DNA of 64,000 nucleotides from Eledone cirrhosa (GCA_964016885.1 OZ024754.1:36518001-36582000); one strand, 5' to 3'; positions 1 to 13,989 are shown, counted from the stretch's first letter. Program-made: numbers and translations. Notes: a model not told the origin generated them from the sequence alone.

Positions 1-110
1 GAAAGAACAAAGAGAAAATAATGTGGAGTCGGAACAAAGAAAGTACTAGAAACTCTGCAAAAACTGAATCTAGTGACCCAGTTTTCGGTGACTCGTCACC
101 GCCTTTCCAA

Positions 111-775
111 ACCACAAGCACCACCACCACCACCACCACCACTACCACCACAACCACAACAACCACCACCGCCACCACAACCACAACCAAAACAACCACC
201 ACCACCACCACCACCACAACCACAACCACAACAACCACCACCGCCACCACAACCACAACAACCGCCACCACCACCACCACCACCACCACCACAACCACAA
301 CAACCACCACCGCCACCACAACCACAACAACCGCCACCACCACCACCACCACTACCACCACAACTACAACAACCACCACCGCCACCACAACCACAACAAC
401 CGCCACCACCACCACCACCACCACCACCACAACCACAACAACCACCACCGCCACCACAACCACAACAACCACCACCACCACCACCACCACCACCACAACC
501 ACAACAACCACCACCGCCACCACAACGACAACAACCGCCACCACCACCACCACCACAACAACCACCACCGCCACCACAACGACAACAACCGCCACCGCCA
601 CCACCACCACCACCACAACAACCACCACCGCCACCACAACGACAACAACCGCCACCACCACCACCACCACCACCACCACAACCACAACAACCACCACCGC
701 CACCACAACCACAACAACCGCCACCACCACCGCCAGCACCACCACTACTACCACCACCCCATCAACACCATCAGC
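111..775. repeat. (ACC/ACA)n trinucleotide low-complexity tract
   Basis: Direct reading. Explains the poly-T and poly-P/Q ORFs at 21-888. Confidence 0.95.
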
Positions 776-974
776 AGGACGTCGAAGGGGAACGAAGAAA
801 TTGTAAAGTGTGGTGGCTTGTTAAGTCCAATTTATATCAAACCACCCGAAACCACCTGCTGGTTCTGATACAAAAATGCTTATGCTAAATCATATATATA
901 TATATATATACGTTAGCATATATATATATATATATACACACACATACATATATCATATATTTATACACAGACTA

Positions 975-1007
<33 letters not shown>

Positions 1008-1009
<2 letters not shown>

Positions 1010-1179
1010 ACGGAGGAAATGTGGTAAGGAACCAGGTGGACCATAACGCACCAAAGTACTCAATACTTAGGGTAGTAGAGTGGGTAATAGCAACGAGTAG
1101 GACCCCGACGGCTGAGCTCAAGCCGTTTCGACGGTTAATTCGGCTTGAGCTCAGCCGTCGGGGTCCTACTCGTTCCTAT
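1008..1179 (-). mobile_element. Family A TA-inserted foldback element carrying a hammerhead 3' half (GAAA-CGGCT-TGAGCTC-AGCCG-TC-GGGGTC)
   Basis: Near-identical to 17896-18089. 1141-1178 is an inverted copy of the preceding segment. Flanked by (TA)n. Confidence 0.8.
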
Positions 1180-1291
1180 ATACAGATGTGTTGGTATCTG
1201 TGTTTCATCACATACATATTAGTTTATACACGGCTCAGTGGGTATTTTCCTCCTTCGAGCTAATTCCATTGTAAAAGAATTCATTACCTTA

Positions 1292-1335
<44 letters not shown>

Positions 1336-1363
1336 ATCAAAAGATGGTTAAAAGAGTTCCATG

Positions 1364-1434
1364 TATTTTATTATGCGCATTTCAAAAACAAATATCATCA
1401 TGCAACAACATTTGCGTTTTCGTCAGATAAAATA
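1364..1434 (-). ncRNA. Type I hammerhead ribozyme (family D)
   Basis: Minus strand: stem I TATTTTAT / CTGACGA / ~15-bp stem II / GAAA / palindromic stem III ATGCGCAT / A / stem I ATAAAATA. Paralog at 43038-43108. Confidence 0.85.
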
Positions 1435-1494
1435 GGGAGACACGATATGAAGGTTAAAACACACTTGTGAGTAGTGCAGTTTTAAATCAACATA

Positions 1495-1837
1495 TCATCA
1501 TCATTTCATCATCATTTCATTTTACGTCTGCTTTTTCCCTGCTTGCAAGGGTGGGACGGGAATGGATTCTGGATTGATTTCTACAGCTAGATGCTCTTCC
1601 TAACACCAACCTCATTTACAGTGGGTGCTTTTTTGCCGTGGCACCTCCACGACCACTTTGCAGTGGAATGATATGGACCCCAATCCCTATCATCTCATTT
1701 CTACAGCTGAGTAAACTGGAGCAATGTGAAATAAAGTGTCTTGCTCAAGGAAACAACACATCACCCGGTCTGAGAATTGAACTCACAACCTTTCGATTGC
1801 AAGGCCAATGCTCTAACGACTAAGCCATGTGCCTCCA
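1495..1837 (-). mobile_element. tRNA-derived SINE (second family) with CCTTGAGCAAG core and RTE-like (ATG)n tail
   Basis: Minus strand: A box TGGCTTAGTCG, B box GAGTTCAATTC, CCTTGAGCAAGACAC, 3' end GACGTAAAATGAAATGATGATG. Confidence 0.8.
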
Positions 1838-1860
1838 TATATATATATATAGAGAGAGAG

Positions 1861-1953
<93 letters not shown>

Positions 1954-2145
1954 CAGATGCGTGTCAAAGAAAAAATGGAAGGTAAGTGTAATATAAAGAT
2001 GAAAATGTGAAAAAGTTTCTGAAGAGAATATAAAAGAGGGAGAGATAGACATGTTGTAGGAGAGGGAATGAAGGAGGGGGTAATGAGGAGGTGAGAGAGA
2101 GGTTGAGAGATAGAGGCAGGGGGAGAAAGAGGCAATATGAGATAT

Positions 2146-2830
2146 GGTGGTGGTAGTGTGGTGGTGGTGGTGGTGGTGGTGGTGGTGGTGGTGGTGGTGT
2201 TGTGGTGATATTGTAGGTGGTGGTGGTGATGATATTGTTGTTGTTGATGGTGGTGGTAGTGGTGTGGTGATATTCTAGGTGGTGGTGGTGGTGGTGGTGG
2301 TGGTGGTGTGGTGGTAGTGTTGGTGTTGTTGTTGGTGGTGGTGGTGGTGTTGGTGTTGGTGGGGATATTGATGTTGTTGATGGTGGTGGTAGTGGTGTGG
2401 TGATATTCTAAGTGGTGGTGGTGTTGGTGGTGGTGGTGGTGGTGGTGTTGTGGTGATATTGTAGGTGGTGGTGATGGTGGTGATGATATTGTTGTTGTTG
2501 ATGGTGGTGGTAGTGGTGTGGTGATATTCTAGGTGGTGGTGGTGGTGGTGTGGTGGTGGTGGTGTTGGTGTTGGTGGTGGTAGTGGTGGTGGTGTTGGTG
2601 TTGGTGTTGGTGGTGTTGGTGTTGGTGTTGGTGGGGATATTGATGTTGTTGATGGTGGTGGTAGTGGTGTGGTGATATTGTAGGTGGTGGTGGTGGTGGT
2701 GGTGGTGGTTGTGGTGGTTGTGGTGGCGATGTTATTATTGTTGGTGGCGGTGGTGGCGGTGGTGGTAATGTTGTTGTTGTTATTGGTGGTGGTGGTGGTG
2801 GTGGTGGTGGTGGCGGTGGTGGTGATAATG

Positions 2831-2862
<32 letters not shown>

Positions 2863-3075
2863 GGTGGTGGTGGTGGTGGTGGTGGTGGTTGTGCTAATGT
2901 TGTTGTTGTTGGTGGTGTTAGTTGTGGTGGTGGTGATGTTGTTGTTGTTGTTGTTGGTAGTGGTGGTGGTGGTGGCGATATTGTAGGTGGTGGTTGTGGT
3001 GGTGATATCGTTGTTGTTGTTGTTTGGTGGTGGTGGTGGTGGTGGTGGTGATGCTGGTGGTGCTGGTGGTGCTGG
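2146..3075. repeat. (GGT/TGT)n low-complexity tract with internal ~130-bp duplications
   Basis: Direct reading. The block GATATTGTAGGTGG...GATATTCTAGG recurs. Confidence 0.9.
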
Positions 3076-3387
3076 GAGTGTAGACAAAAGGAAGTTTTTT
3101 TAGTGGTAGTAATATTGGTGACATTATGGAAGAAAGGAAACTTGTGGTAGTAATAGTAGTAATAGTAGTAATAGTGGTGATATTATAGAATAAAGGAGGG
3201 CGTTTGTGGTGGTGGTGGTGGTGGAGGAGATAGGGGGAAGGAATTACTAAACAGTCGCCCCAAACTGCAGCTGCCTGCTTAAGAACGTGTAAAGTCAATT
3301 GTCGTCTGCTTGTTGATTCTGGTGTGTGGACATTCTACAAAATAACCAACATTCAACAATATATAAACACTATTGCGTGTTTTACTA

Positions 3388-3571
3388 ATAATTGTTTCTA
3401 CTTTAGGCACAAGGCCAGCAATAATCCCAGTGTATATTACTGGTACTTTATTCCATCGACCCCCGTAAGGATGAAAGGCAAAGTTAACCTCGGCGAGATT
3501 TGAACTCAGACCGTAAAGGGACGTAACTACGCTGGAAAGCATGTCTGACCCTCCACCAATACTTGCCAATT
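3388..3571 (-). mobile_element. tRNA-derived SINE, main family (Meta/MESC-like domain)
   Basis: B box GAGTTCAAATC, GCCTTTCATCCTTACGGGG, tail GGCCTTGTGCCTAAAGTAGAAACAATT. Confidence 0.9.
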
Positions 3572-3611
3572 CTCGAATGAAGGAGTAACGAATTGTCCTT
3601 GTTATTTTATT

Positions 3612-3709
<98 letters not shown>

Positions 3710-3850
3710 AATATGAAAATAAGGGCGCTGCGGAGTTGCAAATGGGTTACATATGAAAAAAGGTTGTCCTTCATCATTGATCTTCCAACCATCATAGGCA
3801 TTTCATCGCTTTAAAGACCATATACCTCCGGTTGGTGCGAGCAGTGTGTG

Positions 3851-3990
<140 letters not shown>

Positions 3991-4117
3991 AAAGTTTTAT
4001 TTAAAATTGTTGGGTTACAACGAGTAAATATTTTATAACTGATATAAAGCACTCAACAAGTTTTGGAGTAGATATACGATATTAAACAAATGGAAACTAT
4101 ATTTATAAAACCATATT

Positions 4118-4183
4118 TATTTCATTATACATATTTCAGGGATACCATATTTGAAATATGGCATGCCTTCTTCAGATAAAATA
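4118..4183 (-). ncRNA. Type I hammerhead ribozyme (family C)
   Basis: TATTTTAT-CTGAAGA-AGGCATGCCATATTTCAAATATGGTATCCCT-GAAA-TATGTA-TA-ATGAAATA. Confidence 0.8.
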
Positions 4184-4335
4184 CAATATATAAGCAGTTT
4201 TATAAATAAATTTAACGTACCATAAATATTGTTCAACTTCCATTTAAAAAAGTTGGTTTGGTACTACCAAACCAACTTTTTTAAATGGAAGTTCTATGGT
4301 ACGTCAAATTTATTTATAAAACTGCTTATATATTG

Positions 4336-4401
4336 TATTTTGTCTGAAGAAGGCATGCCATATTTTTAATATGGTATCCCTGAAATATGTATAATGAAAT
4401 A
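4336..4401 (+). ncRNA. Type I hammerhead ribozyme (family C, inverted twin)
   Basis: TATTTTGT-CTGAAGA-stem II-GAAA-TATGTA-TA-ATGAAATA. Confidence 0.8.
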
Positions 4402-4456
4402 AATATGGTTTTATAAATATAGTTTCCATTTGTTTAATATCGTATATCTATATATA

Positions 4457-4515
<59 letters not shown>

Positions 4516-4707
4516 TGAGAGGCTGAATGAATTGGAGCCCAGAACCCAACGAAACTTGAGTACCTGTTTATGTCACTCTTGTAATTATTTATATATATGT
4601 ATGTATTTGTACACACATACACAAGGTGTCCCCAAAAATGTATATACAATTCAACAGCATTCTAATAAATATTAGATAATACTTATATATATATATATAT
4701 ATACATA

Positions 4708-4807
4708 CAAGGTGTCCCCAAAAATGTATACACACTTCAACAGCGTTCTAATAAATATTGCCTGTACTGGTAATCAATGTGTGTATACATTTCTTTGGAA
4801 CACCCTA
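4708..4807. mobile_element. Tc1/mariner-type MITE (TIR ~CAGGGTGTCCCAAAAATGTATACACA, TA flanks)
   Basis: Inverted termini. Partial copies at 4622-4670, 11622-11668 and 58686-58760; full copy at 28111-28199. Confidence 0.75.
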
Positions 4808-4850
4808 TATTTATATATTTATCCTTAGCTATCTCCCCCTCCTCTCTCTT

Positions 4851-4882
<32 letters not shown>

Positions 4883-4967
4883 CATATATGTATATATAAA
4901 TATATACACACACACACACATATATATATATATACATACACACACACACATATATACACACACACAC

Positions 4968-5003
<36 letters not shown>

Positions 5004-5024
5004 TATATATATATACATACACAC

Positions 5025-5061
<37 letters not shown>

Positions 5062-5069
5062 ATATATAT

Positions 5070-5570
5070 ATGATGGCTGCCCCCTCGTTATCGAGTATGG
5101 CCATTGCATGATATACCATTATTAATAATTATTAATTTTTTTAAGTGAGGAAGGACTGTGCACTGAGCCAATCCCACTCTCTGAGCGACAGTAGCTATAA
5201 CCCGAAAATAAGAAAAGATCAACATCATCGGTAACTACTGAGCCACATGTTTTATATCGGAGTTCCCAGTTTCCTGAGTTGCCTTCTCCTAGAATAATGC
5301 CCTGACAAAGGCTAGGGGTCCTTCACTCCCAGTGGTTTAACCGCGCGGTACATGTGTATATACATATTTACACACTTTCGGATGGCCGTTGACTCTTATG
5401 AGTTCTTCCGCCCTTTGTCAGGTTTTGTTTTTTGTCCTGCAGGGTGTCCAAAATCACCCTCCTCACCAAGTAAACTTGGTGGGGTTGAGGGTTTAGTCGC
5501 CGATGACCCGACCATGTGACAGGTTGTACCTGGTTACATGTTACCAGTAGCACTCAAGAGTGACCCGACA
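5070..5570 (-). mobile_element. Decayed RTE-related non-autonomous element (RTE 5'UTR-like)
   Basis: Minus-strand CTAGGAGAAGG motif resembles RTE 5'UTRs. Homologous to 30860-31060 and 51824-52440. Confidence 0.6.
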
Positions 5571-5592
5571 TAATATATATATATATAAACAT

Positions 5593-5623
<31 letters not shown>

Positions 5624-5649
5624 CACACACACTATATATATATATATAT

Positions 5650-6492
5650 ATCAACTAGAAATAAATTGACATATATATATATATATAAAATAAACATATG
5701 AAACAATCACGGAATAATTTGTAAAGAATGTAAGCACACATAGCTAGGTAGGTAACTAATTAAAGTTTAACTAGAACTTCAAATATAGATACCTTTTAAA
5801 ATGATTAATCTCCTTTGTATATATTTCGGATATATATACGGCCCCTTGATTGTTGAGCTAATTCAGTTGAATAGGCTCGGCTGCTATTTCTGGCTGTCTT
5901 ATGGTTATCTTCTTCTCCTTTGGTGAACATCCAAGAATTTAAGTGCTGTGATTTACGGATTAATAGGTGAAATATATTTCTTACTTAAAGAAATATATAC
6001 AAAGGAGATTAATCATTTTAATTTAAGTAAGAAATATATTTCACCTATTAATCCGTAAATCACAGCACTTAAATTCTTGGATGTTCACCGAAGGAGAAGA
6101 AGATCACCATCTGCGTTTACAAAGCAAATGCAAATATGTGAATGCCTCGAACCACGTGTTGCATTTTTAAAAAAATACACACATTGCACAACGTCATCCC
6201 AGTGGCGTGAATAGGACCATCAGCCAGAAATAGCAGCCAGAAATAGGATAGCCAGAAATAGCAGCCGAGCCTATTCAACTGAATTAGCTCAACAATCAAG
6301 GGGCCGTATATATATCCGAAATATATACAAAGGAGATTAATCATTTTAAAAGGTATTTGAAGTTCTAGTTAAACTTCAATTAGTTACCTACCTAGCTATG
6401 TGTGCTTACATTCTTTACAAATTATTCCCTGTGATTGTTTCATATGTTTATTTTATATATATATATATATGTCAATCTATTTCTAGTTGATA
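5650..6492. mobile_element. Nested double inverted-repeat element
   Basis: Outer arms 5650-5902 and 6245-6492; inner arms 5901-5989 and 6023-6110. Left end in a TA tract. Confidence 0.8.
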
Positions 6493-7025
6493 TGTAATGC
6501 TCAGATCTAATCTTTGAGCTTATTCTACAGTGGATATGGCGCATGTCTCTCAGACATGACAACCCTTAATTTTAATTTTGGATATATATATATATATATA
6601 TATATAGATGTGGATATATATATAGATATAGATATATCTTTCGAGAGAAAGAGGGGAATGGGTGGAAGATAATGTAGGGGAGAGAGAGAGAGAACAGTTT
6701 AATTATGCAAATATGACTCATTAAATATGCACTCGGGCATAAGTAGGGAGACATCTGTATGCAGCCATATTATTATTTAGCCCTGGGTCAATGCTAATTG
6801 CACAGATATATAGTTAAATGCAATACACCCTTGATCACCCTGTCTTTTAATACATTTATTGCAGCGAATTGAGAAAGTTATTACAATATCAGACGGTAGG
6901 TGTCGTGGTATATGTTCTGACTGTGTATTCTGTTCTAGGTTCAAATATCAGCAATGGCCGGGCCTAATCTCCGATCAGGGGGCTACAACTGATAATGGAA
7001 ACCTGAAGTGAGTTGTGGAGAGCTG

Positions 7026-10000
7026 TGGTAATAGTGTTGGTGTTGGTGATAGTGTTGTTATTGGTGTTGGTGTTGGTGATAGTGTTGGTGATAGTGTTGG
7101 TATTAGTGTTGGTGTTGGTGATAGTGTTGGTGATAGTGTTGGTATTGGTGTTGGTGTTGGTGATAGTGTTGGTATTGGTGTTGGTGATAGTGTTGGTGAT
7201 AGTGTTGGTGATAGTGTTGGTATTAGTGTTGGTGTTGGTGATAGTGTTGGTATTGGTGTTGGTGTTGGTGATAGTGTTGTTATTGGTGTTGGTGTTGGTG
7301 ATAGTGTTGGTGATAGTGTTGGTATTAGTGTTGGTGTTGGTGATAGTGTTGGTGATAGTGTTGGTATTAGTGTTGGTGTTGGTGATAGTGTTGGTGATAG
7401 TGTTGGTATTGGTGTTGGTGTTGGTGATAGTGTTGGTATTGGTGTTGGTGTTGGTGATAGTGTTGGTGATAGTGTTGGTGATAGTGTTGGTATTAGTGTT
7501 GGTGTTGGTGATAGTGTTGGTATTGGTGTTGGTGTTGGTGATAGTGTTGTTATTGGTGTTGGTGTTGGTGATAGTGTTGGTGATAGTGTTGGTATTAGTG
7601 TTGGTGTTGGTGATAGTGTTGTTATTGGTGTTGGTGTTGGTGATAGTGTTGGTGATAGTGTTGGTATTAGTGTTGGTGTTGGTGATAGTGTTGTTATTGG
7701 TGTTGGTGTTGGTGATAGTGTTGGTATTGGTGTTGGTGTTGGTGATAGTGTTGGTGATAGTGTTGGTATTAGTGTTGGTGTTGGTGATAGTGTTGTTATT
7801 GGTGTTGGTGTTGGTGATAGTGTTGGTATTGGTGTTGGTGTTGGTGATAGTGTTGGTATTGGTGTTGGTGTTGGTGATAGTGTTGGTGATAGTGTTGGTA
7901 TTAGTGTTGGTGATAGTGTTGTTATTGGTGTTGGTGTTGGTGATAGTGTTGGTATTGGTGTTGGTGTTGGTGATAGTGTTGGTGATAGTGTTGGTATTAG
8001 TGTTGGTGTTGGTGATAGTGTTGTTATTGGTGTTGGTGTTGGTGATAATGTTGGTATTGGTGTTGGTGTTGGTGATAGTGTTGGTATTGGTGTTGGTGTT
8101 GGTGATAGTGTTGGTGATAGTGTTGGTATTAGTGTTGGTGTTGGTGATAGTGTTGTTATTGGTGTTGGTGTTGGTGATAGTGTTGGTATTGGTGTTGGTG
8201 TTGGTGATAGTGTTGGTGATAGTGTTGGTATTAGTGTTGGTGTTGGTGATAGTGTTGTTATTGGTGTTGGTGTTGGTGATAGTGTTGGTGATAGTGTTGG
8301 TATTAGTGTTGGTGTTGGTGATAGTGTTGTTATTGGTGTTGGTGTTGGTGATAGTGTTGGTATTGGTGTTGGTGTTGGTGATAGTGTTGGTGATAGTGTT
8401 GGTATTAGTGTTGGTGTTGGTGATAGTGTTGTTATTGGTGTTGGTGTTGGTGATAGTGTTGGTGATAGTGTTGGTATTAGTGTTGGTGTTGGTGATAGTG
8501 TTGTTATTGGTGTTGGTGTTGGTGATAGTGTTGGTATTGGTGTTGGTGTTGGTGATAGTGTTGGTATTAGTGTTGGTGATAGTGTTGGTATTAGTGTTGG
8601 TGTTGGTGATAGTGTTGGTATTGGTGTTGGTGTTGGTGATAGTACTGGTATTGGTGATAGTGTTGGTGATAGTGTTGGTGATAGTGTTGGTATTAGTGTT
8701 GGTGTTGGTGATAGTGTTGTTATTGGTGTTGGTGTTGGTGATAGTGTTGGTATTGGTGTTGGTGTTGGTGATAGTGTTGTTATTGGTGTTGGTGTTGGTG
8801 ATAGTGTTGGTATTGGTGTTGGTGTTGGTGATAATGTTGTTATTGGTGTTGGTGTTGGTGATAGTGTTGGTATTGGTGTTGGTGTTGGTGATAGTGTTGG
8901 TGATAGTGTTGGTATTAGTGTTGGTGTTGGTGATAGTGTTGTTATTGGTGTTGGTGTTGGTGATAGTGTTGGTGATAGTGTTGGTATTAGTGTTGGTGTT
9001 GGTGATAGTGTTGTTATTGGTGTTGGTGTTGGTGATAGTGTTGGTGATAGTGTTGGTATTAGTGTTGGTGTTGGTGATAGTGTTGTTATTGGTGTTGGTG
9101 TTGGTGATAGTGTTGGTATTGGTGTTGGTGTTGGTGATAGTGTTGTTATTGGTGTTGGTGTTGGTGATAGTGTTGGTATTGGTGTTGGTGTTTGTGATAG
9201 TGTTGGTATTGGTGTTGGTGATAGTGTTGGTATTAGTGTTGGTGTTGGTGATAGTGTTGGTATTGGTGTTGGTGTTGGTGATAGTGTTGGTATTGGTGTT
9301 GGTGTTGGTGATAGTGTTGGTATTGGTGTTGGTGTTGGTGATAGTGTTGGTATTGGTGTTGGTGTTGGTGATAGTGTTGGTATTGGTGTTGGTGATAGTG
9401 TTGGTATTAGTGTTGGTGTTGGTGATAGTGTTGGTATTGGTGTTGGTGTTGGTGATAGTGTTGGTATTGGTGTTGGTGTTGGTGATAGTGTTGGTATTGG
9501 TGTTGGTGTTGGTGATAGTGTTGGTATTGGTGTTGGTGATAGTGTTGGTATTAGTGTTGGTGTTGGTGATAGTGTTGGTATTGGTGTTGGTGTTGGTGAT
9601 AGTGTTGGTATTGGTGTTGGTGTTGGTGATAGTGTTGGTATTGGTGTTGGTGTTGGTGATAGTGTTGGTATTGGTGTTGGTGTTGGTGATAGTGTTGGTG
9701 ATAGTGTTGCTATTAGTGTTGGTGTTGGTGATAGTGTTGTTATTGGTGTTGGTGTTGGTGATAGTGTTGTTATTGGTGTTGGTGATAGTGTTGGTATTGG
9801 TGTTGGTGTTGGTGATAGTGTTGGTGATAGTGTTGTTATTGGTGTTGGTGTTGGTGATAGTGTTGGTATTGGTGTTGGTGTTGGTGATAGTGTTGGTGAT
9901 AGTGTTGCTATTAGTGTTGGTGTTGGTGATAGTGTTGTTATTGGTGTTGGTGTTGGTGATAGTGTTGGTATTGGTGTTGGTGATAGTGTTGGTATTGGTG

Positions 10001-11220
10001 TTGGTGATAGTATTGGTATTGGTGTTGGTGATAGTGTTGGTATTGGTGTTGGTGATAGTGTTGGTATTGGTGTTGGTGTTGGTAATAGTGTTGGTGTTGG
10101 TGATAGTGTTGTTATTGGTGTTGGTGTTGGTGATAGTGTTGGTGATAGTGTTGGTATTAGTGTTGGTGTTGGTGATAGTGTTGGTATTGGTGTTGGTGTT
10201 GGTGATAGTACTGGTATTGGTGATAGTGTTGGTGATAGTGTTGGTGATAGTGTTGGTATGAGTGTTGGTGTTGGTGATAGTGTTGGTATTGGTGTTGGTG
10301 TTGGTGATAGTGTTGTTATTGGTGTTGGTGTTGGGGATAGTGTTGGTCATAGTGTTGGTATTGGTGATAGTGTTGGTGATAGTGTTGGTATTGGTGTTGG
10401 TGTTGGTGATAGTGTTGGTATTGGTGTTGGTGTTGGTATTGGTGTTGGTGATAGTGTTGGTGATAGTGTTGGTATTAGTGTTGGTGTTGGTGATAGTATT
10501 GGTGTTGGTGATAGTGTTGGTGTTGGTGATAGTGTTGGTATTGGTGATAGTGTTGGTATTAGTGTTGGTGTTGGTGATAGTGTTGGTGATAGTGTTGGTG
10601 ATAGTATTGGTATTGGTGTTGGTGTTGGTGATAGTATAGGTGATATTGTTGTTATTGGTGTTGGTGTTGGTGATAGTATTGGTATTGGTGTTGGTGATAG
10701 TGTTGGTGATAGTGTTGGTATTGGTGTTGGTGATAGTGTTGGTATTGGTGTTGGTGATAGTATTGGTATTGGTGTTGGTGATAGTGTTGGTATTGGTGAT
10801 AGTGTTGGTATTGGTGTTGGTGATAGTGTTGGTATTGGTGTTGGTGTTGGTGATAGTGTTGGTATTGGTGTTAGTGTTGGTGATAGTGTTGGTCATAATG
10901 TTGGTATTGGTGATAGTGTTGGTGATAGTGTTGGTATTGGTGTTGGTGTTGGTGATAGTGTTGGTATTGGTGTTGGTGTTGGTGTTGGTGATAGTGTTGG
11001 TATTGGTGTTATTGTTGGTGATAGTTTTGGTATTGGTGTTAGTGTTGGTGATAGTGTTGGTATTGGTGGTAGTGTTGGTGATAGTGTTGGTATTGGTGGT
11101 AGTGTTGGTGATAGTGTTGGTGATAGTGTTGGTGATAGTGTTGGTATTTGTGATAGTGTTGGTATTGGTGATAGTGTTGGTATTGGTGTTGGTGATAGTG
11201 TTGGTGTTAGTGCTAGTGTT
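7026..11220. repeat. 4.2-kb hexamer-based satellite (GGTGTT/GGTGAT/AGTGTT/GGTATT) with higher-order blocks
   Basis: Direct reading. Nearly every third base is T on the + strand. Confidence 0.97.
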
Positions 11221-11750
11221 ATTCAATGACGACAGCTGTCGACAACTCCTCTGAAATAATGAGAAGCCATTACTAAACATAAAACATAAAAGTAAATAAT
11301 AAAAATAATCCGAAACAAAAATACGTAAAACATTATCAACGAGACAACGATCATAGATTTGCGTTTTTGTTGTAGTTGTTGTTGTTGTTATATTTTGCAC
11401 TTACCGACCTCTATCTTGTTAATTATCGGCGCTAAATCAACAACCGGTAAACTCTGCTATTATCGATTAATATATGCTTGGAGGCTTCGAATAAAGCAAC
11501 CTTACCGTGTTTCTCTCTACTATAATATATTTCCCACATCCTCGAACACATAAATAAATCAGTAAAGATTATCGCTCACATACCAGGAGTTAGTCATAGT
11601 TAGTATATAAGTATGCATACTTCAACAGCATTCTATTAAAAGTGTGTCTGCATTTTGGGGACACACTGTATATATTTGTGTGTGTGTATATACTAATATT
11701 TGTTTGTGTGTATGAATATTTATTTGTGTATGAATGTATATATATTTATG

Positions 11751-11827
<77 letters not shown>

Positions 11828-11872
11828 CAAGGCTCTGATACCATAAACACAAAGCTGGCATATCTAAGAACT

Positions 11873-11937
11873 GATTAACTGTCTGATGAGGTCATAGCCA
11901 TTCAATGGCTATCATCGAAATATATATATAGCAATAA
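11873..11937 (+). ncRNA. Type I hammerhead ribozyme (single-copy family)
   Basis: CTGATGA-GGTCATAGCCA-TTCAA-TGGCTATCATC-GAAA-(TA)n palindromic stem III. Stem I is weak. Confidence 0.6.
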
Positions 11938-11976
11938 ATAAAGGATTATGAGTTCATGCAATTGACTTATGTTTCG

Positions 11977-12011
<35 letters not shown>

Positions 12012-12047
12012 TTTTATTTGTTTGTGTATGAAATGTGTGTGTGTATA

Positions 12048-12124
<77 letters not shown>

Positions 12125-12332
12125 GTGTGTGTATATATGTTAGAATATATGCTAGTGTCAGCAGTTCTGTTTACATGCCAACACAAGAGCAAGAATGAGG
12201 GGCTCATTCTTCTAGCATAGCTTAAAAGAGGCTGTTTGTATAATTGCAAACGAATCGAATCTTATTAATATTCGAAAAACTCAGATTACATTTCATTTAT
12301 TGTATTCAGCCATGTAGAGCTATAACTATTTG

Positions 12333-12660
<328 letters not shown>

Positions 12661-13746
12661 TATTAAGCCGTAGTGTCTAGCAACCACCGTTGCTCGTTTG
12701 TTCAACACTGACAAAGGAACGCTGTACTAGTTTCAAGCTGGTTAGCTATCGTCAGCAACGTATACCTTCCTGCCAGATGGTTGAACGTCCGAAAGTATAT
12801 ACTTTCCTTATGCATATTAACGGCTATATATATATATATATATATTTCTTTGTCTCTGTGTCTGTCTATCTGTCTTTTCCTTATGCATTCTCAAACAGCT
12901 CGACCAAATCAAATCAAATTTTACAAGGTAATAATATATTAGACCCCGGGATTAACAACATGTTATCTTTATTTTCATTTGGATTAAAGCAATGTAACAT
13001 TTTATCTAAAATATTCTACTATAGTCAACTATAAGTAGACGGGCATTTTATAACAGGATGACGACGTCACATTTTGTATACATGCATTTCTGTGACGACT
13101 GACATAACGAAACGCTGTATGAATGTATGTCTGTGTGTCTTTTCTATAAGTTTGTGTGAGTGTATGTGTGTCTGTTCGTTTATATTTATATTCTCATACC
13201 GTTAAATTAGCAGTTAATGCGTTTGCTTATATTTGGTTAATTTGCTTATATTTGGTTAATTTACACTGCATACAAAAATAGAGATTAATATATATTTCTT
13301 TTGGATGTTGATACTTATTTCTTTACAATATTGAAAAAAAATATCTTTATTCTAAAAATTCCTCTCATAGCTACAGCTGTTACATTTGAATTTAAGAGGC
13401 TTCAGTTTCCAGTCAAACTTTGTTATTTCAATTAACAAATCTCAGGGTCAATCCCTCAAGCTAGTTGGACTTGATCTCTCTACTACATGTTTCTCCCAGG
13501 GTCAACTCTATGTTGGTTGCTCATGAGTTGGAGGCAGCAACAATTTATTCATTTGGACACCAACAAAAAATTAAAGAATGAATATTATTTACCCTGAGGT
13601 GCTTCGAGATTGACAGATTTTCATTTCTAAATTCTATTACCATTACCATGTTAGTCGGTATCGATCAATGGGGCCTCTGAAACGATCGTAAAATAATGAA
13701 CTAAATATCTACCTACAACTGACTTCTATTTTTTATTGTTCTATGC

Positions 13747-13793
<47 letters not shown>

Positions 13794-13932
13794 GTACATA
13801 TATACATATATATATATACATATATACATATATATATATACATATATACATATATATATACATATATACATATATATACATATATACATATATATACATA
13901 TATACATATATATACACACATACACACATACA

Positions 13933-13989
<57 letters not shown>

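Larger units (their letters stand above)
4069..4450. mobile_element. ~380-bp foldback element (family C) with one hammerhead in each arm
   Basis: Near-perfect inverted arms of ~190 bp centred at ~4263. Right end abuts (TA)n. Confidence 0.85.

Noticed and set aside
778-870. CUB-like peptide KCGGLLSPIYIKPPETTCWF
   Set aside because: Spacing does not fit a CUB domain and the frame stops immediately; likely chance.
21-888. Mucin-like poly-Thr and Pro/Gln ORFs
   Set aside because: Several frames are open because of the ACC repeat. The unique flanks match no recognised protein. Cannot be excluded but is unsupported.
6964-11400. 1000-1478-aa ORFs over the hexamer satellite
   Set aside because: NNT codons on + and ANN codons on - cannot be stops, so long frames follow from composition. 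No independent coding evidence.
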